From Lentimicrobiaceae bacterium (lineage in GTDB: Bacteria; Bacteroidota; Bacteroidia; Bacteroidales; F082), in contig SUWT01000007.1 of assembly GCA_015061335.1 (NCBI GenBank), forward strand, positions 897-64,896: a stretch of DNA of 64,000 nt, given 5' to 3'. The translations under genes and the position numbers were made by a program. The number at the start of each line of letters is the position of its first letter. Within the stretch, counting starts at the first letter, position 1. Of the stretch, positions 24,582-33,963 are shown in pieces. The notes under the pieces were generated by a model. That model ran no database searches and was not told where the DNA came from. It saw nothing but the letters and a program-made list of their open reading frames with translations.

Positions 24582-27500
24582 ATGAAGAAGATTTTACTGA
24601 CATTAGGTCTGATGTTAATGCTGGTCTTTTCACTCTCTGCACAGATGGTCGAGAAGACTTTCTTTTTTAACAACCCGCAATTTGAACAATATCAAAATTA
24701 TGAACAAATCACTTTGGATTGTTCCGTAGGTACACTCTCATTAGAATCTGTACAAGGAGCTGAAGTGGGAAATCCTAACCTTCCTTGGTATTCAGTGTCA
24801 TTGCTACTACCGCAAAATACGGAAGCACAGGAAGTCGAATTTGAATTCTCAGATTTCATAGAAATAGAAGGATCACATCTTTTGTATCCTTATCAGGCAC
24901 CGCGCCCGCTTTCTGTGACAAAGGATATTCCTTTTGCAAAAAATGAAAACGTCTATGCTTCAGAAGATTTATATCCTACAAAATATTCTTCTGATGTCGA
25001 GACACAGTATCTTAACGGTTATTCTATCGCATTATCAGGATTTACTCCTGTGAGATATGTGCCTTCTACAGGAAAATTGTCGTACGCACAGAATGTTACA
25101 GTAAGAATTTCATATACAACATCAAGAGTTGACAAAAGTAAGATGTTGAACACAGCTCCAGAGATAAAATCACGTGTTGAGCGTTTGGCGCAAAATCCTG
25201 AGTTATTAGTGTTATATGCTGATAATCAAAAACAAAGATCTATAAGTGGATATGAGTTGTTGGTTATAACACCGGAAGAATGGGTCTCTCATTTTGATGA
25301 ATATAAATCTTTTTATGATGCAAAAGGTTTAAGAACTAGAGTAAGGTCTCTCGAAGAGATTTATTCTTCTACAGATGGTCGTGATGATCAAGAGAAGATC
25401 CGTACGTATATTGCGCAAGAATATGAAAATGAAGGTGTTATGATGGTCCTCCTTGGCGGTGACTCTAATGTGGTGCCTTATCGTTCTTTGTATTGTTATG
25501 TGTCTTCAGAATATGTTGATAATCTCCCTGCTGATATGTATTACGTATGTTTAGATGGTTCTTGGGATGATGATAATGATGGATTATGGGGTGAAGTAGG
25601 TGAGGATGACTTATTGCCGGAATTAGCTATCGCTCGTATGCCTTTTAATAATGAGGATCAGTTTAATAATATGATGCACAAGACATTAGAATATCAAGCT
25701 AATCCTGTCTTGGGTGAATTTAACGATATCGTTTTCGGAGGAGAACACCTAGGTGATGGTTATTATGGCAGCAACGACTTAGAACTTCTTATCGGAGAAC
25801 ATGATGATGATGGCTATACTACTATCGGTATCCCTGAGCATTATACCTTCCATCGCATCTATTCCGATGGTCCTTCCGGATGGAATGGAACTATCTTCAG
25901 GAACAAAATCAATGAGGTAGGAGGAGGTTATGTACATCACGTAGGTCATGCTAATACTGATTATGTGGCAGGTTGGTATGTAAACTCTACTAATGATAAT
26001 TCTTTCATACACCTGAATGGTGAAACGCATAACTATAACTTCTTCCATTCACATGGCTGTATTTGCGGCGACTTCACAAGCACATGTATTCTTGAAAGAT
26101 TGGTGAATATATCAACAGGTTTTGTAGCAGCGACAGGTAACTCACGTTATGGATGGTATATCCCATGGGGCGATGGACCAGCTCGTCACCTTCATCGTGA
26201 GTTCGTTGATTCATATTACCACGATAGACTTCCTTATATCGGTACAGCCTTTGTGGAAATGAAAATAATGACAGCACCTTTGGTTAATATGGCTTGGGGA
26301 GAGAATGCTGCTCTCCGCTGGAACTTCTATTGTATCAATATTTTAGGTGATGTAGCTGTCAGTCCGTGGCTCGACGAACCTTTTATCCCTGAGATTGAAT
26401 ACGAAAAAGCTCTCGTCAATGGAACAACCTCAACAAATATAATTGTTAACAAAGAAGGTGAAGCTCAAAGTAATTTCCGTTGTAGTTTGTTCTATGGTGA
26501 TGATCTTATCGCTTTCGCAATGACAGATGAAAATGGACTCGCTTCTCTAGAACTTGCTGAACCTCTTGATATAGTGGATACTTTGCAGTTGATAATAACA
26601 GGTCCTAACGCATGGTGTCAGAATTATGATGTTATTGCTATGGCAGAAAATTCAGCATACGTTTATGCTGATGACATTCAGATAGATGATGCCCAGTGTA
26701 ATGGTAATGAACAACTGGATTATGATGAGACTGTTAGCCTTAATATCAATTTCTATAATCCAGGCACAATAGCTGCTAATAACGTAAGTGCAACACTTAC
26801 AACACTTTCTCCAGAATATGTAGAGATGATTGATACTGAAGCTAATGTGGGTAATGTCTCAGCTAACTCTAGTATCTCTGTAAACGAAGCTTTTAGCTTC
26901 AAAATTTCTGATAACATACAAGATCAGGAATATGTTTATTTCATTCTTGAATGCAATGACGGTACTAATACCTGGGCACAAGAACTATTATTCAAAGTGT
27001 TAGCTCCTGTTTTTGATGTTCACGAGTTAATTTATGATGATAGCATGGGTAATAATAATGGTTTTGTTGATCCTGGTGAAACAATACAAATTCATTTCTC
27101 AGGTAAAAATGTTGGACATAGCCTATGCCATGATCTATTAGTGCATGCTAGTTCTGCTAATCCTTATATCACTTTTGTAGAGAATGATATAAATATTGAG
27201 GAACTTGACGTAAACGAAGAGTTTACGGCAACAATGCTGCTGCAAATAGATGATAACACTCCTGATGGAGAATTCTTTACCGTCAATGTTAATATGACCT
27301 CAGGATCTTATCAGATAGAGAAAAACCTGATGTTTACTGTCGGTACTGTTAAAGAGGACTTTGAAGTCGGTGATTTCTCTCATCTTAATTGGCAGTTTGC
27401 TTATGATAAACCTTGGTTAGTTACAGATAATCAGGTATTTAATGGAAATTATGCCGCTGAGTCAGGACATATCGGCGATGATGAGATAAGTTCTCTTATT

Positions 27501-28019
27501 GTTGAAATTAGCACTACTACTGATGGCGTCATATCATATTACTTTAAGACATCAACGGAAGAGAACAGAGACTATCTGGTGTTTTATATTGATGGTCAGA
27601 TGCAAGATCGCTGGAGTGGAGAAAACGATTGGCAACAAATTTCTTATGACATCCCTTCAGGACTCCATACTCTGGAATGGCGTTACGATAAAAATCAAAG
27701 AGATTCAGAAGGTGAGGATCGTTGCTGGATAGATGACATCGTATTCCCTGGTAACTGTATGATAATGGATATTAATTCAGTAACAGAGAATAAGAACTTT
27801 ATCATTTATCCTAATCCTGCAAATAATTTCGTTGTTGTAGAAGGTGATGATATTCAGGAAGTTGAGCTTTATAATATCATGGGTGTAAAACTTTATTCCC
27901 AAGAAGTCGAAAACTCAAAAATAGTTATGGATCTAGATGATGTTTCTAATGGAATGTATCTTATTCGTATCTTAGATTCAGATGCTAAGGTCTATACAAA
28001 AAAAATAGTTAAGAAATAA
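24582..28019 (+). CDS. C25 (gingipain-like) cysteine peptidase with T9SS C-terminal sorting domain
   Basis: Signal peptide MKKILLTLGLMLMLVFSLSAQ. C25 catalytic-domain pattern (YELLVITPEEW..VLLGGDSNVVPYR..HHVGHAN..FFHSHGCICGDF). Several Ig/lectin-like domains. CTD IIYPNPANNFVVVEG...GMYLIRILDSDAKVYTKKIVKK. Confidence 0.75.
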   Translation: MKKILLTLGLMLMLVFSLSAQMVEKTFFFNNPQFEQYQNYEQITLDCSVGTLSLESVQGAEVGNPNLPWYSVSLLLPQNTEAQEVEFEFSDFIEIEGSHLLYPYQAPRPLSVTKDIPFAKNENVYASEDLYPTKYSSDVETQYLNGYSIALSGFTPVRYVPSTGKLSYAQNVTVRISYTTSRVDKSKMLNTAPEIKSRVERLAQNPELLVLYADNQKQRSISGYELLVITPEEWVSHFDEYKSFYDAKGLRTRVRSLEEIYSSTDGRDDQEKIRTYIAQEYENEGVMMVLLGGDSNVVPYRSLYCYVSSEYVDNLPADMYYVCLDGSWDDDNDGLWGEVGEDDLLPELAIARMPFNNEDQFNNMMHKTLEYQANPVLGEFNDIVFGGEHLGDGYYGSNDLELLIGEHDDDGYTTIGIPEHYTFHRIYSDGPSGWNGTIFRNKINEVGGGYVHHVGHANTDYVAGWYVNSTNDNSFIHLNGETHNYNFFHSHGCICGDFTSTCILERLVNISTGFVAATGNSRYGWYIPWGDGPARHLHREFVDSYYHDRLPYIGTAFVEMKIMTAPLVNMAWGENAALRWNFYCINILGDVAVSPWLDEPFIPEIEYEKALVNGTTSTNIIVNKEGEAQSNFRCSLFYGDDLIAFAMTDENGLASLELAEPLDIVDTLQLIITGPNAWCQNYDVIAMAENSAYVYADDIQIDDAQCNGNEQLDYDETVSLNINFYNPGTIAANNVSATLTTLSPEYVEMIDTEANVGNVSANSSISVNEAFSFKISDNIQDQEYVYFILECNDGTNTWAQELLFKVLAPVFDVHELIYDDSMGNNNGFVDPGETIQIHFSGKNVGHSLCHDLLVHASSANPYITFVENDINIEELDVNEEFTATMLLQIDDNTPDGEFFTVNVNMTSGSYQIEKNLMFTVGTVKEDFEVGDFSHLNWQFAYDKPWLVTDNQVFNGNYAAESGHIGDDEISSLIVEISTTTDGVISYYFKTSTEENRDYLVFYIDGQMQDRWSGENDWQQISYDIPSGLHTLEWRYDKNQRDSEGEDRCWIDDIVFPGNCMIMDINSVTENKNFIIYPNPANNFVVVEGDDIQEVELYNIMGVKLYSQEVENSKIVMDLDDVSNGMYLIRILDSDAKVYTKKIVKK

Positions 28020-28027
28020 TAAATTTG
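28020..28027 (+). promoter_or_regulatory. -7 box TAAATTTG
   Basis: Exact TAnnTTTG match only 5 nt upstream of the ATG at 28033. Confidence 0.35.
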
Positions 28028-28032
28028 CTGAG

Positions 28033-29169
28033 ATGTTATTTTCTGAAATTATTGGTCATGATGATATAAAACAGAAACTCATTCAGAGTGTTAAGGAGAG
28101 CAGGGTGGCTCATGCACAATTATTCCTTGGTCCGGATGGTACAGGAAAGCTGGCTTTGGCTATAGCTTACGCTCAATATATCAATTGCACCAATAAGAAA
28201 GATAATGACAGCTGTGGCGAATGTCCTTCGTGTAGGAAATATAATGCTTTGGCTCATCCTGATACTCACTTTATATTTCCTACCGTCACAAATAAGACAG
28301 TGAAAAAAGAACCCGAATCGGATCTCTTTCTGTCAGAATGGCGTGATTATCTTATCTCATGCAAAGGATATGCTTCATTATCATCATGGTATGATACCCT
28401 TGGTATAGAGAACAAACAAGGTGTCATCAATGTGCGAGATGCCGCAAACATAATGAAAAAACTGAGCCTTAAGTCTTATGAAGCAGAGTATAAAATTGCC
28501 ATAATATGGATGGCAGAGAAACTTAATAATCAAGCTGCCAATAAACTACTTAAGCTTCTTGAGGAACCTGCTGAGAAAACAGTTTTTATCCTGGTCGCTG
28601 AAAATCAAGAGGAACTGCTTGCCACCGTGCGCTCTCGTACAGTCTTGGTGAAAATCCCTAAATTGAGACTGCATGATGTGGAAAATGCTCTGATGAAACA
28701 ACATAACTGTACTGAGCAGGAAGCAAATAAAGCTGCGTCTTTGGCAAATGGTAATTGGTCGTTGGCTCTTCATTATCTTAATGATCAGGAAAATGAGAAC
28801 TTTTACTCTCGCTGCTTCCAAAAATGGATGCGTTACTGCTTCAGATTCAGTGCTTCAGAATTGATAGATTTTATAGCTAATGATATCAAACCATTGGGAC
28901 GCGAGAAACAAAAAGACTTCCTGACATACGGACTTAATATGTTTCATAATGTGCTGTTGGTTAATAATGGATTGATTAACCATGTATTAATTCCTGATGA
29001 TGAGAAAACCTTCCTTAATAATTTCGCTCCTTTTGTCACCTATAATAATATAGATCTGATATGTGAACTATTCGAAGAGAGTATTAATCAGATCGAACGT
29101 AACGGTAATGCTTCTTTGATATTCTTAGACAATAGCTTCAAAATTTATAATTATTTTAAAATGAAATAA
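28033..29169 (+). CDS. holB: DNA polymerase III subunit delta-prime
   Basis: 378 aa. AAA+ clamp-loader pattern (AHAQLFLGPDGTGK, Zn module CGECPSCRK, LLKLLEEP, SRT). Confidence 0.8.
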   Translation: MLFSEIIGHDDIKQKLIQSVKESRVAHAQLFLGPDGTGKLALAIAYAQYINCTNKKDNDSCGECPSCRKYNALAHPDTHFIFPTVTNKTVKKEPESDLFLSEWRDYLISCKGYASLSSWYDTLGIENKQGVINVRDAANIMKKLSLKSYEAEYKIAIIWMAEKLNNQAANKLLKLLEEPAEKTVFILVAENQEELLATVRSRTVLVKIPKLRLHDVENALMKQHNCTEQEANKAASLANGNWSLALHYLNDQENENFYSRCFQKWMRYCFRFSASELIDFIANDIKPLGREKQKDFLTYGLNMFHNVLLVNNGLINHVLIPDDEKTFLNNFAPFVTYNNIDLICELFEESINQIERNGNASLIFLDNSFKIYNYFKMK

Positions 29170-30792
29170 ATGAAAAGTATTACAAAGATAGCACTGGCAT
29201 TGTTAAGTGGTTTGTTGATTGCCTTTTCATGGCCGACATACGGTTTTACTCCTTTGATTTTCATAGCATTTGTTCCTTTGTTGTTTTTACAGGATCGTAT
29301 TGGAGATAAAAATAATAACGAGAAGGGAAGTGTATTCTGGCTTTCTTTCCTGACTTTCTTGGTATGGAATAGTATCACAACATGGTGGGTGTGGAATAGT
29401 ACTGCTGCAGGTGCGGTTGCTATGTTACTGCTAAATAGTGTTTTTATGGCTACAATATTTTGGCTCTATCATTTTACCAGAAAACACATCTTCTTCAATA
29501 AAAATGGTTTCTTCTTGTTGATATTTTTCTTTTTAGCTTTTGAATATCTTCATTATAACTGGCAGCTTAATTGGCCCTGGCTCTCATTGGGAAATGTATT
29601 TTCCAGTACACATAGCTGGATACAATGGTATGAGTTTACAGGTGTTGCGGGAGGAACAATATGGGTACTACTTTCAAATATCTTGGTGTATAAGGTTATC
29701 ATAGGACTTAAGACAAAAGACAAAAGACAAACGATTCTGTTAATGATATCACTTTTGGCATTACTTTTTATTCCATTAATAATAAGTAAGATAATGTATA
29801 ATACGTACGATACTCGTAAAGACTCTGATGTTGCTGAATCTAATGAGGTTGAAGTCGTTGTTGTTCAGCCAAATATAGATCCATATAATGAAGAGTTTTC
29901 TCTAACACCCGCAGAGATCCTATGGAGAAACTTTTCTCTTGCAGATACTTGTATCACTGACAAGACCCGTTTCGTAATAAGTCCAGAATCTTCTATACAT
30001 GAGAATATTTGGTTAGATAAGTTTGATAAATATTATTCAATTAAGAAGATAAGAGAATTCTCAGGAAAACATAATAACATAGCATATATCATAGGAGCCA
30101 GTACTTTCGGAATGGTGCCTGAAGGAGATGAAGATGATTTTGCTGCGCGAAAGTTCTATGATGCTGATGAGTATTATTATGCTTATAATACTGCCTTGAT
30201 GATCAGTGATAGTGCTGATATTCAGTATCATCAGAAATCAAGGCTTACTCCTGGAGTAGAGATGATGCCTTCATGGTGGTTTTTGCGACCAATACGTAAT
30301 TATGCTATTGATCTTGGGGGTATAGTAGGTACTCTTAAAAGAGAGAATGAGCCCACTGTTTTATCATTTGATGATTATAATATAGCTACTCTTATATGTT
30401 ATGAATCTGTTTTTGGCGACTATGTAACTCAATTTGCTAGAGAAGGAGCTAATCTGTTTTTCGTTATCACCAATGATGGCTGGTGGGGAGATACGGAGGG
30501 ACATAGACAACATCTTGAACTTTCCAAATTACGTGCTATTGAGAACCGACGCAGTATCGCTCGCTCGGCTAACACAGGTATCTCTGCGATTATCAATGAA
30601 AGAGGTGATATTGTAGAACAGACATCTTATTGGGAACCTGATGCTATATGCAGTAATATCACGGTAAATGACGAACTTACTTTCTATTCAAAACATGGAG
30701 ATTATCTCTATAGAGTAGCTACATTCCTCGCTATAATTACTTTATGTTTTAGTATTGTTTTATGTATTATGAACAAAAAATGGTACAATTAA
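29170..30792 (+). CDS. lnt: apolipoprotein N-acyltransferase
   Basis: 540 aa. N-terminal polytopic membrane domain plus a C-terminal CN-hydrolase domain (VVQPNIDPY, LICYESVF, TNDGWW). The ATG immediately follows the holB stop. Confidence 0.85.
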   Translation: MKSITKIALALLSGLLIAFSWPTYGFTPLIFIAFVPLLFLQDRIGDKNNNEKGSVFWLSFLTFLVWNSITTWWVWNSTAAGAVAMLLLNSVFMATIFWLYHFTRKHIFFNKNGFFLLIFFFLAFEYLHYNWQLNWPWLSLGNVFSSTHSWIQWYEFTGVAGGTIWVLLSNILVYKVIIGLKTKDKRQTILLMISLLALLFIPLIISKIMYNTYDTRKDSDVAESNEVEVVVVQPNIDPYNEEFSLTPAEILWRNFSLADTCITDKTRFVISPESSIHENIWLDKFDKYYSIKKIREFSGKHNNIAYIIGASTFGMVPEGDEDDFAARKFYDADEYYYAYNTALMISDSADIQYHQKSRLTPGVEMMPSWWFLRPIRNYAIDLGGIVGTLKRENEPTVLSFDDYNIATLICYESVFGDYVTQFAREGANLFFVITNDGWWGDTEGHRQHLELSKLRAIENRRSIARSANTGISAIINERGDIVEQTSYWEPDAICSNITVNDELTFYSKHGDYLYRVATFLAIITLCFSIVLCIMNKKWYN

Positions 30793-31733
30793 GTTTAGCA
30801 CCTTTTCAAGGGATCACCGATTCTGTTTATCGTAATTTATATCAGAATTATTTTTCTGGGATAGATAAATTTTATACCCCTTTCTTCACGGGAATTCATA
30901 AGGATAATAGTAGAAGTTTAAAGGGAGAAGAGATTGACATAAGCTGTAATGATGTCAATATTTTAACACCGCAGATACTTGGTAATGACGCAGATGAAAT
31001 TATTAGATTTGCAAATCAATGTCAGTCAATGGGTTATAAGGAGATAAATCTTAATATGGGATGTCCTTTCCCAAGAGTTGCCAATAAGGTGAGAGGTTGT
31101 GGTCTTATGGCTGAGCCTCAGAGGGTTAGAGAGATATTCGACAAGGTGTTTAATAATATCACAATAAAATTTAGTCTCAAATGCCGTCTTGGATATTTTA
31201 GAGATACTGAAATAAATGAATTAATAGAGAGTTTTAATACTTATCCGTTTAGCGAGATTATTATTCATCCTAGGATTGGTAAACAATTATATACAGGATG
31301 TGCCGATGTCGATAGATTTGCCGAAGTAGCAGCTCAAATCAAACGTCCGTTGGTTTATAATGGAGATATCTTTTCTGTTGGCGATTTCCAAAAGATTAGC
31401 GCTAAATTGCCACAGGTATCAATGTTTATGTTGGGAAGAGGTATTCTCACAAATCCTTTCCTGGCAGATGAGATAAAAGGATATATCGTGAAAGATGATG
31501 AGAAAATAGAGATACTTCATCGATTTGTAGTATCTCTATATCTCGAAAGATTACGTCATGCAGGAGGAAGCCCTAAAATTATAGGCTGTATGAAAGAATT
31601 GTGGTCATATCTGATGAATTCGTTTGAAGATCCTCAGAATATATGGCGTAAAATCAAGAAGATAAATAACTTGGATGTTTATGAAGAAACGGTAGAACGT
31701 ATCTTCAGAGATGAGAAACTTAAAGTTAATTAG
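30780..31733 (+). CDS. tRNA-dihydrouridine synthase family protein
   Basis: Starts LAPFQGITD. Contains NLNMGCP (catalytic Cys context) and a TIM-barrel pattern. The start is either 30762 or 30780; both overlap the lnt 3' end. Confidence 0.7.
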   Translation: MVQLSLAPFQGITDSVYRNLYQNYFSGIDKFYTPFFTGIHKDNSRSLKGEEIDISCNDVNILTPQILGNDADEIIRFANQCQSMGYKEINLNMGCPFPRVANKVRGCGLMAEPQRVREIFDKVFNNITIKFSLKCRLGYFRDTEINELIESFNTYPFSEIIIHPRIGKQLYTGCADVDRFAEVAAQIKRPLVYNGDIFSVGDFQKISAKLPQVSMFMLGRGILTNPFLADEIKGYIVKDDEKIEILHRFVVSLYLERLRHAGGSPKIIGCMKELWSYLMNSFEDPQNIWRKIKKINNLDVYEETVERIFRDEKLKVN

Positions 31734-31831
31734 GAATTAGGAATTAGGAATTAGGAATTATTGTAGAGACGTGTCAATTACACCGATGAAAATGATAATA
31801 TGTAATTGATGCGTCTGATTAATTAGGAATT
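31732..31831 (+). repeat. composite intergenic element, copy 4: (AGGAATT)x4 - GTAGAGACG hairpin core - AGGAATT
   Basis: The array at 31732-31759 overlaps the TAG stop (31731-31733). Core arms are GAGACGTGTCAATTACA (31766-31782) and TGTAATTGATGCGTCTG (31801-31817), with an 18-nt loop. A single AGGAATT unit lies at 31825-31831. Confidence 0.9.
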
Positions 31832-31841
31832 TATAATTATT

Positions 31842-32897
31842 ATGAAAAAGATTCTTGTAATTCGGTTTAGTTCTATAGGTGATATTGTTTTGACAACGCC
31901 TGTGATCCGTTGCTTGAAGAATCAACTTCAGGAGGCAGAGATTCATGTCCTGACAAAAAAGAAATTCAGCGGTCTTTATAAGACAAACCCACACATTGAT
32001 AAGGTGTATGAATTTGATTCTTCATTGAAAGACAATATTACAGAACTGAAGCTGGAGAATTACGATTATGTTGTTGATTTACAGAAGAACAAACGTAGTG
32101 TGAGAGTGACGCGAGCATTGTCATGCCCACATTCTTCATTTCCTAAACTTAATTTCAGAAAGTTTCTGCTTTCAACGTTTAAGATTAACATAATGCCTGA
32201 TATTCATATCGTTGACAGATATTTCAAAGCGGTTGAGAAATTGGGAGTTAAAAATGATTATCAAGGACTTGATTTCTTTATCTCAGAGAAAAACAATTAT
32301 AATTTAACAGAATTGCCCCAAGAATTTCATAATGGATATTATGCTTTTGTTATTGGCGGAACATATAAAACCAAAATTCTACCTGCCGTAAAAGTCGCTG
32401 AAGTCATACAAAAAATTAATAAACCTGTAGTACTTCTTGGTGGACCTGATGATGTGGAGAGAGCGGAAGAGATTCTTTCTTTAGTCAACAAGTCAACAAG
32501 TCAACAAGTCAACAAGTTGAGGGAGCAGGGAACAGGGAATAAGGAGCTTGATGATTTACAACTCTATTGCTCCAAAGTCCTTAATCTAGTCGGCAAGATA
32601 AACCTTGAGCGGTCGGCTTCTCTTGTAAAGAATGCGGAATCTGTCTTGACGAACGACACCGGTTTGATGCACATAGCGGCTGCTTTTCATAAGAATATAG
32701 TATCTGTCTGGGGAAATACCGTCCCTGAATTGGGAATGTATCCGTATCTTCCTAAAGAGCCGGAGAAATGTCATATTGTTGAATGTAAGTGTGTTAGATG
32801 TCGCCCGTGCAGCAAATTGGGATTTAAAGAATGTCCAAGGAAACATTTTAAATGTATGATGGATATTGACGTTAGGTTTATAGTTGATAGTTTATAG
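31842..32897 (+). CDS. glycosyltransferase family 9 (LPS heptosyltransferase-like) with repeat-encoded insertion
   Basis: 351 aa. GT9 pattern MKKILVIRFSSIGDIVLTTPVIRCLK ... VVLLGGPDDVERAEEI ... NDTGLMHIAAAF..VSVWGNT. Residues VNKSTSQQVNKLREQGTGNKE are encoded by tandem arrays. Confidence 0.8.
   Translation: MKKILVIRFSSIGDIVLTTPVIRCLKNQLQEAEIHVLTKKKFSGLYKTNPHIDKVYEFDSSLKDNITELKLENYDYVVDLQKNKRSVRVTRALSCPHSSFPKLNFRKFLLSTFKINIMPDIHIVDRYFKAVEKLGVKNDYQGLDFFISEKNNYNLTELPQEFHNGYYAFVIGGTYKTKILPAVKVAEVIQKINKPVVLLGGPDDVERAEEILSLVNKSTSQQVNKLREQGTGNKELDDLQLYCSKVLNLVGKINLERSASLVKNAESVLTNDTGLMHIAAAFHKNIVSVWGNTVPELGMYPYLPKEPEKCHIVECKCVRCRPCSKLGFKECPRKHFKCMMDIDVRFIVDSL
32484..32548 (+). repeat. intragenic arrays: (GTCAACAA)x4 perfect octamers, then GGGAGCA GGGAACA GGGAATA AGGAGCT heptamers
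   Basis: Four perfect 8-nt units at 32484-32515 (+GT). Heptamers at 32521-32548. Confidence 0.95.
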
Positions 32898-32933
32898 TCT
32901 AATAATTGTTGGTTCGTCGTGAGTGAAAATATT

Positions 32934-33644
32934 ATGTCTCAGATATTTGATGCCATGATTTCTCGTTCTGATGATGAGAAGAAGGTCGTTTTGCCTCGTT
33001 TTTTCAAGACGGGGAAAGGACAGTATGGTGAGGGTGATAAATTTATTGGCGTGACGGTCCCAAATATCAGAGTTGTAGCAAAGGAATTCAAAGATGTTGA
33101 TTTTGAAGTCATCAGAGAATTGATGAAAAGTCCATGGCATGAGATGCGCATGTGTGCATTGTTAATTCTTGTTAATAATTCTAAAAAGAATGTCTCAAAA
33201 GAAACATTCGATTTCTATCTCATGCAGACTAAATATATAAACAATTGGGATTTGGTAGATTTAAGTGCACCACAGATTGTTGGGAAATACCTTCTTAACA
33301 AAGAGTGTGATGTTCTTTATAGATTAGCAGAGAGTGAGTTGTTGTGGGACAATAGAATAGCTATTGTTTCTACACTTGCTTTTATAAGAAACAACGACTT
33401 GGAAGATACTTATAATCTGTCTATTAAGATGATGCGGCATAAACATGATTTAATGCATAAGGCTATAGGATGGATGTTACGTGAGGCTGGTAAGCGTGAT
33501 CCTGAACGATTATATTTTTTTGTTAAAGAATGGAAATCGCAGATGCCAAGGACAATGCTCCGCTACGCTATAGAGAAATTTGATGTCGAGATACGCAAAG
33601 AGTTGATGTCAAAGCCTCTTCATACCGCAAATAAACGCAAATGA
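32934..33644 (+). CDS. DNA alkylation repair protein (AlkD/AlkC-like HEAT-repeat family)
   Basis: FFKTGKGQYGEGDKFIGVTVPNIR, NNWDLVDLSAPQIVG, HKAIGWMLREAGKRD. A GTG at 32919 is an alternative start. Confidence 0.7.
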   Translation: MSQIFDAMISRSDDEKKVVLPRFFKTGKGQYGEGDKFIGVTVPNIRVVAKEFKDVDFEVIRELMKSPWHEMRMCALLILVNNSKKNVSKETFDFYLMQTKYINNWDLVDLSAPQIVGKYLLNKECDVLYRLAESELLWDNRIAIVSTLAFIRNNDLEDTYNLSIKMMRHKHDLMHKAIGWMLREAGKRDPERLYFFVKEWKSQMPRTMLRYAIEKFDVEIRKELMSKPLHTANKRK

Positions 33645-33789
33645 AACGCTAAGCTATATGTTATTTGTAGCAACCTCCCGGCTATAAGTTTCATAAAAAT
33701 GATATTTTAAGGTTCTTCTTTTACCGCTAATCAGAGCGAAGTTATGTTATAGATATGTGAAAGCTATAGCCTTTATGATCATAAACAAA

Positions 33790-33816
33790 AAAGAATCACC
33801 ATTACAGCAATTCTTT
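33790..33816 (-). terminator. hairpin plus T-run downstream of tRNA-Glu
   Basis: The minus strand reads AAGAAT-loop-ATTCTT followed by TTTTTTG. It starts 7 nt after the tRNA 3' end. Confidence 0.45.
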
Positions 33817-33822
33817 TTCTTG

Positions 33823-33895
33823 TATCGGGTAGGGGATTCGAACCCCTGTTTCGACAGTGAGAGTGTCGTTACCTGACCGACTAGTAGAACCCGAC
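33823..33895 (-). tRNA. tRNA-Glu (anticodon CUC)
   Basis: Manual cloverleaf of 73 nt. Acceptor GTCGGGT/ACCCGAT (G1-U72 wobble), D arm TACT/GGTA, anticodon stem CGACA/TGTCG with loop CTCTCAC, 4-nt variable loop, T arm AGGGG-TTCGAAT-CCCCT. No encoded CCA. Confidence 0.85.
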
Positions 33896-33905
33896 AATTT
33901 CGCTG

Positions 33906-33913
33906 CAAAGATA
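33906..33913 (-). promoter_or_regulatory. -7 box TATCTTTG (minus strand) for tRNA-Glu
   Basis: Exact TAnnTTTG match 10 nt upstream of the tRNA 5' end. Confidence 0.55.
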
Positions 33914-33955
33914 AATATTTTTTTTATAAACAGCATTTATTTTTTTAGTTTTTTT

Positions 33956-33963
33956 TATCTTTG
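33956..33963 (+). promoter_or_regulatory. -7 box TATCTTTG
   Basis: Exact TAnnTTTG match 5 nt upstream of the ATG at 33969. Confidence 0.4.

Noticed and set aside
31758-31994. 78-aa minus-strand ORF
   Set aside because: It is built from composite element copy 4 and the antisense of the GT9 gene start. It has no signal of its own and overlaps a well-supported CDS.
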